Of a stretch of 64,000 nt of DNA, positions 56,071 to 64,000 are shown piece by piece. The notes below the pieces were generated by a model. The model was given only the letters and a program-made list of their open reading frames with translations, was not told the origin of the DNA and searched no databases. Every line of letters starts with the position of its first letter. Positions within the stretch are counted from its first letter, which is position 1. Origin of the DNA: Candidatus Bilamarchaeum sp. (GTDB taxonomy: Archaea > Micrarchaeota > Micrarchaeia > Anstonellales > Bilamarchaeaceae); NCBI GenBank assembly GCA_035455205.1, contig DATIFM010000008.1, positions 13,146 through 77,145 of the forward strand, given 5' to 3'. A program made the position numbers and the translations under genes.

Positions 56071-57246
56071 ATGGCAAAATGGATGAATCCGACGGTCATA
56101 GGGGCATCGCTCACGAGCTTCCTGTCGGATTTCGGCCACGAATCAGTAACCGTCATGCTCCCCTCGTTCCTCGCGAGCCTCGGCGCGCCGGCGTATGCGC
56201 TCGGGCTTATAGAAGGCGTGAGCGACGGGCTTTCCAGTTTTGCCAAGCTAATCTCAGGATACTACTCGGACAAGCTAGGACGGCGCAGGGAGATAGCGAT
56301 ACTCGGCTACCTCGCAACCGGCATATTCCCGGCGTTCGTCGCAATCGCGACGTCCTGGCCGATGATACTTTTCGCGAGGGCGCTCGCGTGGTTCGGGAGG
56401 GGCGCAAGGGGCCCGCCCAAGGACGCGATTATTTCCAGCGCCGTCGAGGAAAAGGACCTCGGCAAGGCCTTCGGGTTCCACAGGACGGCTGACACCCTCG
56501 GGGCCATCATAGGCCCGCTGATGGCTTTCATGCTGGTTTCCGTCATGAGCCTGAATAACATATTCTGGCTCGCGGTCATACCCGGGACGCTTGCGGCGTT
56601 CGTCTTCTTTGCATTTGTCAGGGAGAAGCGCCCGGTTCCGGCCAAAAGCAGGGACGGGATAGTCGTTTCCCTTGCCGGCCTCCCGGGCAGGTTCAGGAAG
56701 TTCCTGCTCTCGGTGGGGATTTTCGGGATGGCCGACTTCTCGCACACGCTTCTCATATTCTTCGCGGTGAGCGAGCTCACTCCATCGATGGGATTCACGC
56801 AGGCGACTGCGATGGGGATACTGCTCTTCGGCCTCAGGAACGTTGCATATGCCCTGATGTGCTACCCTTTCGGCGCGCTAGGGGACAGGTTCGGGAGGAA
56901 ACGGGTTCTCGCCGCAGGGTATGCAGTCGCGGTCCTGACGTTCATCGGGTTCATGGTCGCTCCCCCGGACCTTGCGGCCTACGCCGTGCTGTTCGCGCTC
57001 GCGGGTGCGTTCATAGCTGCAGAGGACACGCTCGAGAACGCGGTGGCGGGGGAACTCGTGGAAAAGGAGAGGCGCGCGCTCGGGTATGGCGCGCTCGCGA
57101 CGGTCAACGGGGCCGGGGATTTCGTATCGAGCCTTGTAGTGGGCGCCCTCTGGACGGCTGCCGGCTTCGGGGCCGGATTCGCATTTTCTGCAGTCGTGGG
57201 GGCTGCAGGGGTTGCCGCGCTCGTCATAAGCAACGGCCGTGAATAA
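56071..57246 (+). CDS. MFS transporter
   Basis: 12-TM profile; MFS motif A-like GYYSDKLGRRREIAILG and second-half repeat GALGDRFGRKRVL. Confidence 0.85.
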   Translation: MAKWMNPTVIGASLTSFLSDFGHESVTVMLPSFLASLGAPAYALGLIEGVSDGLSSFAKLISGYYSDKLGRRREIAILGYLATGIFPAFVAIATSWPMILFARALAWFGRGARGPPKDAIISSAVEEKDLGKAFGFHRTADTLGAIIGPLMAFMLVSVMSLNNIFWLAVIPGTLAAFVFFAFVREKRPVPAKSRDGIVVSLAGLPGRFRKFLLSVGIFGMADFSHTLLIFFAVSELTPSMGFTQATAMGILLFGLRNVAYALMCYPFGALGDRFGRKRVLAAGYAVAVLTFIGFMVAPPDLAAYAVLFALAGAFIAAEDTLENAVAGELVEKERRALGYGALATVNGAGDFVSSLVVGALWTAAGFGAGFAFSAVVGAAGVAALVISNGRE

Positions 57247-57441
57247 AAAAATCAGGGCGGGGTTTTTCCGCCCTCGAGGATGCTCTTTATCCTGTGCAGG
57301 ATTATCAGCTTCAGGAGCTCAGCCTCGTCCTCTGAAAGCCCGAATTCCATACATTCACCCCGCGATTCACGCGCAGCCGGGGAAAAAGAGCCTTGAGGAG
57401 GTATGCTGATTTCCCGGGCAATTTAAAAGCCGGAGCGGCAA

Positions 57442-57933
57442 TTGAAGGCCATGGACAAGGAGTTCCCGAAATACGTTCTTGTTTCGGTCCTGCTTTTCTT
57501 CGCAATCTTCCTCGCGGCACAGATGCTCCTGCCGCAGACGGTCCCGGAAGGGACGGATCTCCTGAATTACAGGTACACCGAGGACACGAGGCTCCAGCTC
57601 CATATCCATCCGTGGCTGGAAATCTGGATTGACGGGAAGAACGAGAGCATACCGGCGAACATCGGGATAGACGGGGGGGGCATCCGGGTAATCCACACCC
57701 ACGACGAGACAGGTAAAATACACGTGGAGTCTCCATGGCCCCACGAATTCTACCTGAAGGACTTTTTCTACATATGGGGCAAAAGGTTCGACAGCGAATG
57801 CATCTTCGAATTCTGCACTGACGCGAACCACACGCTCGATGTTTACGTGGACGGCGCGCGGAGCGGCCTCTACGGGGACATACCCCTCGAGGACGGGCAG
57901 AAGATAAAAATAGTGTATTCCGGGAGAAAATAA
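57442..57933 (+). CDS. membrane-anchored extracytoplasmic HxH-motif protein, family member 1
   Basis: N-terminal TM VLVSVLLFFAIFLAA; conserved blocks LHIHPWLEIWIDG, IHTHDETGKIHVE, FYLKDFFYIWG; C-terminal CxxxC. Confidence 0.45.
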   Translation: MKAMDKEFPKYVLVSVLLFFAIFLAAQMLLPQTVPEGTDLLNYRYTEDTRLQLHIHPWLEIWIDGKNESIPANIGIDGGGIRVIHTHDETGKIHVESPWPHEFYLKDFFYIWGKRFDSECIFEFCTDANHTLDVYVDGARSGLYGDIPLEDGQKIKIVYSGRK

Positions 57934-57970
57934 CCCGGTGCGAGCCCTCAAGGGCGAGCAAACCGGAAAA

Positions 57971-58741
57971 CTAGACGTTGCAGACGGTGCCGGCGCAGGT
58001 CGATTCGTCCGAGGGCATGCCGCGCTCGGGGCATTTCTCGGACTGTATGCAGGCGCGGTCGCCGACCATTGAAAGCTGGTCTGCTATAGGCGCGGCCGGG
58101 TCGCCATAGGTTATAAGTATCCTGTCGAGGTCCTCGAAAACGTATTTTTCCATTGCAGGCTCGTCCTTCCACTCCCTTCCGTAGTGCTGGACGAACATGC
58201 GGAGAGCATTTTTTCCGTCATTGCAGAATGCCGCTTTCGCGTCGGTGACGAAGCAGGTCGAGTTGAACGTCATGTTGAGCGAGCCGAAGAACTCGGCCAG
58301 GGTCACGTTCCTTGCGTGGTGGTGGATGATTCCCCCGTCCATGTCGTGGAGGTGGACACGGCTGTTTACGACGTTGTCCTTCACGGACATGTACCTGGCC
58401 TGCGAGAAGTTGAAGGCAGTGCCGTTGAGGTAGACCATGAAATCCGCGTGCGTGTGGTACGGCACCGGGCCCGTGGGCTCCCGGGTGAGCGAGAGGATGA
58501 GGAATATCACGAAAACCGCGGCCACAGCGCCGGTGAGCAGCAGGAAGTTCCTCCTGAGCGGGGCCTTCAGGGGGAACATCGTGTAGAATACGTATGAGAG
58601 CGCGAGGAATATCAGCAGGGAGACCGTGAGCGCGGCCGGGTTGTCGAGGAGGATATCGAGCGGGGAGTGCTCCTCCGCAACCTCGCCGAGGTGCGCGAAA
58701 GCGGCGGAAATGAGCAATATGGAAAGGAGAAGGAGCCTCAT
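57971..58741 (-). CDS. polytopic membrane protein with C-terminal HxH-motif domain, family member 2
   Basis: Three TM segments, then YHTHADFMVYLNG, VHLHDMDGGIIHHH, LAEFFGSLN, Cys-rich C-terminus. Confidence 0.45.
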   Translation of the reverse strand: MRLLLLSILLISAAFAHLGEVAEEHSPLDILLDNPAALTVSLLIFLALSYVFYTMFPLKAPLRRNFLLLTGAVAAVFVIFLILSLTREPTGPVPYHTHADFMVYLNGTAFNFSQARYMSVKDNVVNSRVHLHDMDGGIIHHHARNVTLAEFFGSLNMTFNSTCFVTDAKAAFCNDGKNALRMFVQHYGREWKDEPAMEKYVFEDLDRILITYGDPAAPIADQLSMVGDRACIQSEKCPERGMPSDESTCAGTVCNV

Positions 58742-58751
58742 TGGAATCCCG

Positions 58752-59021
58752 TCAGGAAAGGTCGCGGTGAGTCTCGTACATGAACGCTGCCGGCTCGTGC
58801 TCCTTTGCGAGGCGCTGGATCACGAAGCCGAAAATCTCGGTAGAGTTGACCTCCTTGCGCCCCTTGAGGAATTTCTTCAAATCCGCGACTATCTTTGCGG
58901 CGATGTTCTCGCACAGCTTCTCGCCCACGCTGCAGTCCATGCAGGCGGCATAAACCGAGCCGTAAACCTTCTTTTCATCGAAAGTCTCCTTCTTTCCCCT
59001 TCGCTTCACCACCAGTGACAT
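58752..59021 (-). CDS. stand-alone ATP-cone domain protein (89 aa)
   Basis: VVKRRGKKETFDEKKVYGSVYAACMD matches the ATP-cone N-terminal signature (VIKRDG..E.FD..KI). Confidence 0.5.
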   Translation of the reverse strand: MSLVVKRRGKKETFDEKKVYGSVYAACMDCSVGEKLCENIAAKIVADLKKFLKGRKEVNSTEIFGFVIQRLAKEHEPAAFMYETHRDLS

Positions 59022-59025
59022 TCCA

Positions 59026-59736
59026 TCAACCCAGATTTATCGTTCCGTTCGCTATGAGCATGAGGAGCCAGCCGAGCAGCACGAGCAGGATGCCTATCGC
59101 GAGGCGCATGTTCGCGCGGTTCGCCTGCTTCCACATCTGCATGTCGCTCACCTTGACCCCGATGAGGGTCGCCCCGAGAATCGCAAGCAGGGGCGCCACG
59201 AATATGACGTTGTATATCAGGAGGAGCCCGAACGCCGCGAGGTTGAAGTTCTGCGACAGCACGAGCGTGATAGCCAGGTATGGACCTCCGGTGCAGGGAA
59301 GCTCGACCCCGGCAACGAACGCTCCGAGGATTATCATGCTGAGTGGGTTGATGTTCTGCATCATCCGCTTGATGTCCTTCGAGCGCTCGGCAGGTATCGA
59401 GAGCGAAATGCCTTCGCCATACCAGAAGAAGTCCTTTATCTCGACGAGCGCGCCGAGGACCACGATGACTCCCACAGCAACCGAGATGTACTGCGCGGTC
59501 CAGAGAGGAATGACCGAAAGGAACAGTATGAGGCCGAGGCCTGCCAGGAGGTAGGTGACGTACACCGCCGCGACATAAATGCCCCCGTAGAACAAAAGCC
59601 TCTTGCGCAGCTCGCTGTTCGAAGCCATGAGGGCCACGAGAAGTATCATGACGCCTATCGCGCAGGGGTTGATGGAGTCTATCGCCGCGGTAACGAGGAC
59701 CGTGCCGAGCTGGGGGAGAGATGCATCGACCGCCAT
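59026..59736 (-). CDS. ccdA: CcdA/DsbD-family transmembrane thiol-disulfide electron transporter
   Basis: Two conserved Cys in TM helices (DSINPCA and ELPCTGGP), about 6 TM. Confidence 0.7.
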   Translation of the reverse strand: MAVDASLPQLGTVLVTAAIDSINPCAIGVMILLVALMASNSELRKRLLFYGGIYVAAVYVTYLLAGLGLILFLSVIPLWTAQYISVAVGVIVVLGALVEIKDFFWYGEGISLSIPAERSKDIKRMMQNINPLSMIILGAFVAGVELPCTGGPYLAITLVLSQNFNLAAFGLLLIYNVIFVAPLLAILGATLIGVKVSDMQMWKQANRANMRLAIGILLVLLGWLLMLIANGTINLG

Positions 59737-60488
59737 CAGGGTGGGCCTCCGATGTCCGCGTTTATGAGCGCGGCGGGCTTCTCGGTGAAGACCAGCTTGA
59801 TTCGGTCGATTTTCACCGGGCCGTTGTCTACGGTGTAGGGGGATATGACATAGCCCGGGCCGTCATCCACGGGCTCGCCGTTCACGAACGTGAGCCACCG
59901 GGCGCTCCTGCCGTTGCACAGGTCGCCGTCGCTCCAGGTCATCACGCCGTCGTTCGTGGGAAGCGTGAGGCTGTTGTTGTCGAAGTTGCCTCCGGCCTGC
60001 ACGAAGAAATTCCTCAGGCTGGCTTCCTCCTTCTTGAGAAGGACCCCCTCGACGTGGATGCGGTTGTCGTTGTGCTCGTGGACTACGGGGGTCCCGATGC
60101 GGTTCTCGATTCCCGTCGGGTCGATGAGCTCGTATTCCCGGTCGCAGGCCCAGACTTCGTAATCCGCATGCCAGTGGACGGGCCCCTTGGTCTCGGATAC
60201 GAGGTTCAGGTAGAGCGTGGAGCCTGCAAGGTATGCGGTGGCCGCGATTATTGGCGCCGAAATGAACAGATAAACGGTCTTCTTCGCCTGCTCGGAAGTG
60301 CTCTTGACGAAAATCGCGTAGAATATCGCGAGCCCTGAGACGAGCGAGGCGGCATAAACGGCGAAAAGCGGGTTCGGCAGGCCCAGGTAGCCCCACGGGT
60401 CGGCGTGGATGTTTTCAATCGAGCCGCCTTCCGCGCAGAACGAGAGGGCACTGAACGCAATCATGAGGAGTGCCGCACGGAATCGCAT
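59736..60488 (-). CDS. secreted/membrane HxH-motif protein, family member 3
   Basis: Signal peptide MRFRAALLMIAFSALSFCAEG; blocks VHWHADYEVWACD, VHEHNDNRIHVEG, LRNFFVQAG; stop overlaps the ccdA start. Confidence 0.45.
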   Translation of the reverse strand: MRFRAALLMIAFSALSFCAEGGSIENIHADPWGYLGLPNPLFAVYAASLVSGLAIFYAIFVKSTSEQAKKTVYLFISAPIIAATAYLAGSTLYLNLVSETKGPVHWHADYEVWACDREYELIDPTGIENRIGTPVVHEHNDNRIHVEGVLLKKEEASLRNFFVQAGGNFDNNSLTLPTNDGVMTWSDGDLCNGRSARWLTFVNGEPVDDGPGYVISPYTVDNGPVKIDRIKLVFTEKPAALINADIGGPP

Positions 60489-60538
60489 GAAAACCTAATG
60501 CTCCGAATATTTATATAATTTCTCTCGGCGTGGATTTT

Positions 60539-60946
60539 ATGGACGCATCGGGGATATTGAAGGAAGCGAGGACGGTTGCGGTCGTCGGGCTCTCGGACAA
60601 GCCCGAGAGGCCGAGCTACGATGTCGCGCTCTACCTGCAGAATCACGGCTACCGGGTAATCCCGGTCAACCCGATGATAAAGGAGTGGCGGGGGCTGAAA
60701 TCATACGCATCGCTCTCGGACATCCCCAAGTCCGAGAAAATCGACGTCGTCGACATTTTCCGCAAATCCGAGGACGTCCCTCCGATAGTCGACGAGGCCA
60801 TCAGGATAGGCGCGAGGGCGGTCTGGATGCAGCTCGGAATCGTGAACGAGGGGGCGGCGGGAAAGGCGCGGGAGGCCGGGCTCGAAGTGGTCATGGACAA
60901 ATGCATGAAAATAGAGCACGGAAGGATGCATGCGCCGGATATTTAA
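60539..60946 (+). CDS. CoA-binding domain protein (YccU-like)
   Basis: TVAVVGLSDKPERPSYDVALYLQNHGYRVIPVNP and later ARAVWMQLG typical of the small CoA-binding fold. Confidence 0.65.
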   Translation: MDASGILKEARTVAVVGLSDKPERPSYDVALYLQNHGYRVIPVNPMIKEWRGLKSYASLSDIPKSEKIDVVDIFRKSEDVPPIVDEAIRIGARAVWMQLGIVNEGAAGKAREAGLEVVMDKCMKIEHGRMHAPDI

Positions 60947-60968
60947 TTGTTATATATGATATTAGAGC

Positions 60969-63281
60969 ATGGGTTTGCTTGATTTTGAGGCGGCCGGCCC
61001 CCAGCTGAAGAGAATCAAGATGAGCGAGCTCGACCCCGAGCTGCTCGACAAGGTGCTTGAACTCGCATGGGAGCACGGCGAAATTTCGATAACTTCTTCT
61101 ACGGACCTCGAATTCGTCTACCGGATTTACAAGGCCGAGAAGGCCAAGGACGAGAAGGGGCGAGAGCTGCTCAAGAAGGCCGAGGGCCTGATTGTGATGC
61201 TCGGCGCGCTCCACCACGACAGGGAGATGCAGGAGCGGAGGGAGCAGCGCACCCGCGACGAGAAGTCGAAGATGCCGCACCGCGCCCTCATGGAAGACGA
61301 AATAAACGTCGGGGCGAAGACGCGCGCGCTTTTCGGGTCCATCGGGATAGAGGACGAGAGGGAGATGCAGCTCGCTATCGGCCTACTCGGCGAGCGCAAG
61401 ATTGAGCAGCGCATCGCCCTGGCCAAGAAGTCTGCGCTCGGCGACAAGCTCCTTCGGAGCCTCTTTTCAGAGAACCCCGAGCTCATCAGGATAGCGAGGG
61501 ACGACGACTTCATCCAGGAACTGAGCGCCATAGAGAACAAGAGGGACATGATTGACCGGTGGAAGGAGACGAACAAGCTCCCGCTCCCGGTGTGGGCAGA
61601 CTACAACCAGTCGCCGAGCGTCCTCCTCGTGGAATATACGAACATGTACCGCGCCCTCGTGATAGGGATGGATGAGGGGCGCCTTGATGCCGGCCCCCGG
61701 AGCGCCGAGCAGGTTGTGAAGATGCTCAGGGAGATAGGCTTCACGATGCAGGAAAAGGACGGCGCGCTCATCATCAAGGGTCCGGACGGCAAGGCGATAA
61801 CGATACCCGAAGGCCCGTCCGAGATGCCGCACGCGATGGATGAGAGGAAGGCGTGGAACTGGCTCGTAGGAGGCGAGGAAGTGTCCCCGGGCGAGCAGGT
61901 CTCGACAGGCAAGATCCTGCGCACCGTCGAGTCGATAATCAGGAGCAAGGCTATGGCCGGGGACGAAGTCGATGTCATAGTTGTCACGGGCGACAAGAGG
62001 AAGCTGTCGCAGATAAACCAGCTCTTCGGCAGGAACTACGGCGACCACGCCCTCGATGCGTACAGGAAGATATTCGACATGGCAGTCACGGAGGCCGCGG
62101 GCAGGGGAACGCCGCACCTCATCAGGCCCTCCATGAGCGGGGACGAGACGATAGGCATAATCGTCGTCCAGAGGGGCGAGGGCGGGGAAGTGCGGGAGAA
62201 ACTAAGGCGGTGCCTGGAGGAGGCGACGTCGAGCGTGTTCAGGAAAATCAGCCAGCCGGGCACGGTGCTCGGGGGCGCGATGAAGTTGCTGCGCAACCCG
62301 AGGGATTCGGTGGAGGCGCTCATTGACATCAGCGAGCCGGTTTTCGTCAGGAATATAGAGGGTTCGGTGGTCGCGACGCGCCCGGACGGGAGCGACGCGA
62401 TGATAACGAGGCCCGACGGAATGCGCGAATTCCTCGCCGCGCAGGTAAGGACCACGGATGAGCAGGGCTCCGCGCGCCACGCACCGGCGCTGCGGAAGGC
62501 GCTCAATACGCCCACGAGCCCCCAGATAGAGAGCAGGACCGCGCTCATGGACGCGGACGAAAAGGCGAGCGGCGTCGCGTTCGAACTGAAGATGGCGGTC
62601 TCGGACCAGGCAATCCTCAATGAGATGCAGGCGCTCCTTCCGTTCACGGGCAAGGGTTTGTACGAGGTCGCCAGGAACTCGTTCGGCATCCGCGGGCTCA
62701 ACACGTTCCTCGGCCATTATGGCGCGAACGGCCTGATACAGGAGGTCGAGAACGCGGTCGGGGCATTCGGCGAGTCGGAAGGCCTGGATATCAGGCGCAC
62801 GGGGACGCTGAAATACGTAATCGAAAGCGGGACCGCGGAGCAGGCGGCCGCCCTCAAGTCGTTCGTGGACCGGAGGCTGGACGAATCCGGCATCGGCCTC
62901 AGGACCATCGTGAATCCCAAGGCCGTCCGCGACGCGACGCCTGCCGAAATCGAGGGGCAGATAGCGAACGGCCACCTCGGGCTCGAGTGGGCCAGCAATG
63001 ACTATGCGAACGCGAATGCCGCGATAAGCGCGATGGCCATCGGAAGCGACCTCGCGCTCGCCCAGATTCTCGGCCCGGGGAGCGGCCTCGATGGGGTAAC
63101 CGGCTTCATCAGGGGCCACCCCGAAGTCAGGAATTACCTCGACTTTTTCACGGCGGTCCGGAGCGAGGGGATTTCCGGTTCGGACGGGCAGGAGCTCGAG
63201 AGGCAGTTCTCGGCGTTCATACGCACGCGCGGGAACGAATTCGCCTCCCGCCTCGAATCAGTGCGCGCCCAGCCGGCCTGA
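60969..63281 (+). CDS. large hypothetical protein (770 aa), tandem paralog 1
   Basis: No recognisable catalytic motif; N-terminal about 230 aa is homologous to the next gene. Confidence 0.5.
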   Translation: MGLLDFEAAGPQLKRIKMSELDPELLDKVLELAWEHGEISITSSTDLEFVYRIYKAEKAKDEKGRELLKKAEGLIVMLGALHHDREMQERREQRTRDEKSKMPHRALMEDEINVGAKTRALFGSIGIEDEREMQLAIGLLGERKIEQRIALAKKSALGDKLLRSLFSENPELIRIARDDDFIQELSAIENKRDMIDRWKETNKLPLPVWADYNQSPSVLLVEYTNMYRALVIGMDEGRLDAGPRSAEQVVKMLREIGFTMQEKDGALIIKGPDGKAITIPEGPSEMPHAMDERKAWNWLVGGEEVSPGEQVSTGKILRTVESIIRSKAMAGDEVDVIVVTGDKRKLSQINQLFGRNYGDHALDAYRKIFDMAVTEAAGRGTPHLIRPSMSGDETIGIIVVQRGEGGEVREKLRRCLEEATSSVFRKISQPGTVLGGAMKLLRNPRDSVEALIDISEPVFVRNIEGSVVATRPDGSDAMITRPDGMREFLAAQVRTTDEQGSARHAPALRKALNTPTSPQIESRTALMDADEKASGVAFELKMAVSDQAILNEMQALLPFTGKGLYEVARNSFGIRGLNTFLGHYGANGLIQEVENAVGAFGESEGLDIRRTGTLKYVIESGTAEQAAALKSFVDRRLDESGIGLRTIVNPKAVRDATPAEIEGQIANGHLGLEWASNDYANANAAISAMAIGSDLALAQILGPGSGLDGVTGFIRGHPEVRNYLDFFTAVRSEGISGSDGQELERQFSAFIRTRGNEFASRLESVRAQPA

Positions 63282-63314
63282 AACAATTATATTCAGCGGC
63301 AGGGATACACATGC

Positions 63315-64000
63315 ATGGACATCGACCCGGATATCAGCGTCTTGCGGAAGATGAAGCTTTCCAGCATCGAGCCCGCCCTGGCCAATGAGATAATCGAATT
63401 CGCACAGAGCGTCGGCTATGAGGCCACAATCACGTCCGACACCAGCCTCGGGTTCCTCGTGAAGATATACAAGGCCGAACGCGCGAAAGAGAGGCGGGGG
63501 AGGAAGGCCCTCCAGAAAGCGGAGAATCTCATCCTGAAGCTTTCCTCACTCCATTTAGAGCAGCACCAGCGGGAGAATCAGAGGCGGAAAGCCGAGCGTG
63601 CGAAGAAGATTCCCTTGCACGAGCCGGAAATAGAGATTCCTGTGTCGAAGAAGACGAAGGAGCTCTTCGAATCCATAGGAATCAAAGACGAGAAGTTCAT
63701 GATGGCGGCAGTAGGCATGCTGGGCGAGAAGGAAGCCGGGGAGAGGGTTGCGCTGGTCCATGCCACGTCGCTGGGAAAGGAACTCGCGCAGAGGGTTTTC
63801 GGGGAGTATCCTGAGGTGCTCCTCGTGATGCCGGACTCGGAGTTCATTTCCGAGCTCGAAGCGATGGAGAACAAGAAGTACATTATTGACATCAGGAAGG
63901 CTGACACGGAGAGGCCGGTCCCAATATGGGCAGACTACGAGAACGCGCCGGGAATACTCCTTGACAGCTATGCGGACATCGAGCGCCTCCTCGAGTTGCA
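63315..64000 (+). CDS. large hypothetical protein, tandem paralog 2 (partial, runs off window)
   Basis: MDIDPDISVLRKMKLSSIEPALANEIIEFAQSVGYEATITSDTSLGFLVKIYKAERAKERRGRKALQKAENLI... aligns with MSELDPELLDKVLELAWEHGEISITSSTDLEFVYRIYKAEKAKDEKGRELLKKAEGLI... of the upstream gene; shared later blocks (ELFESIGI(K/E)DE, LPxPxWADY). Not in the ORF track because there is no stop inside the window. Confidence 0.5.
   Translation, partial: MDIDPDISVLRKMKLSSIEPALANEIIEFAQSVGYEATITSDTSLGFLVKIYKAERAKERRGRKALQKAENLILKLSSLHLEQHQRENQRRKAERAKKIPLHEPEIEIPVSKKTKELFESIGIKDEKFMMAAVGMLGEKEAGERVALVHATSLGKELAQRVFGEYPEVLLVMPDSEFISELEAMENKKYIIDIRKADTERPVPIWADYENAPGILLDSYADIERLLEL

Noticed and set aside
1-64000. Mobile elements, integrases, transposases, CRISPR arrays, rRNA.
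   Set aside because: None of the translated ORFs show transposase DDE, tyrosine recombinase (R..HxxR..Y) or Cas signatures. No regularly spaced direct repeats were seen apart from the in-frame coding repeats at 13089..13875.

Overview
High-GC (~60%) archaeal chromosomal segment, gene-dense on both strands. The archaeal assignment rests on intron-containing tRNAs, RtcB plus archease, deoxyhypusine synthase, a split archaeal-type glutamate synthase and a beta-CASP RNase. Many of the long six-frame ORFs are antisense artefacts of GC-rich coding DNA; I called genes only where the translated protein shows recognisable family motifs or coherent secretion/lipoprotein signals. Housekeeping content: APC permease (partial), CN-hydrolase, split glutamate synthase, an SdhA-like flavoprotein, a leuA/leuC/leuD/leuB-type cluster, RtcB, archease, COG0523 GTPase, carbamate kinase, dCTP deaminase, aldehyde dehydrogenase, deoxyhypusine synthase, Na+/H+ antiporter, quinone oxidoreductase and an MFS transporter. 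Accessory and unusual content: (i) two paralogous FGE-sulfatase-domain lipoproteins, a Hanks-type Ser/Thr kinase, and a lipoprotein with a Kazal-like domain plus four tandem 6-Cys repeats; (ii) tRNA-Glu and tRNA-Asn genes with long anticodon-loop introns that share a conserved hairpin showing compensatory base changes, plus related palindromes downstream of both tRNAs; (iii) a three-member family of extracytoplasmic HxH-motif proteins clustered with CcdA and a stand-alone ATP-cone protein; (iv) tandem large paralogous proteins at the window end; (v) several other paralog pairs and membrane-tethered regulators. No CRISPR arrays, transposases or rRNA genes were seen. Coordinates of internal starts are my own estimates and may be off by a few nucleotides.
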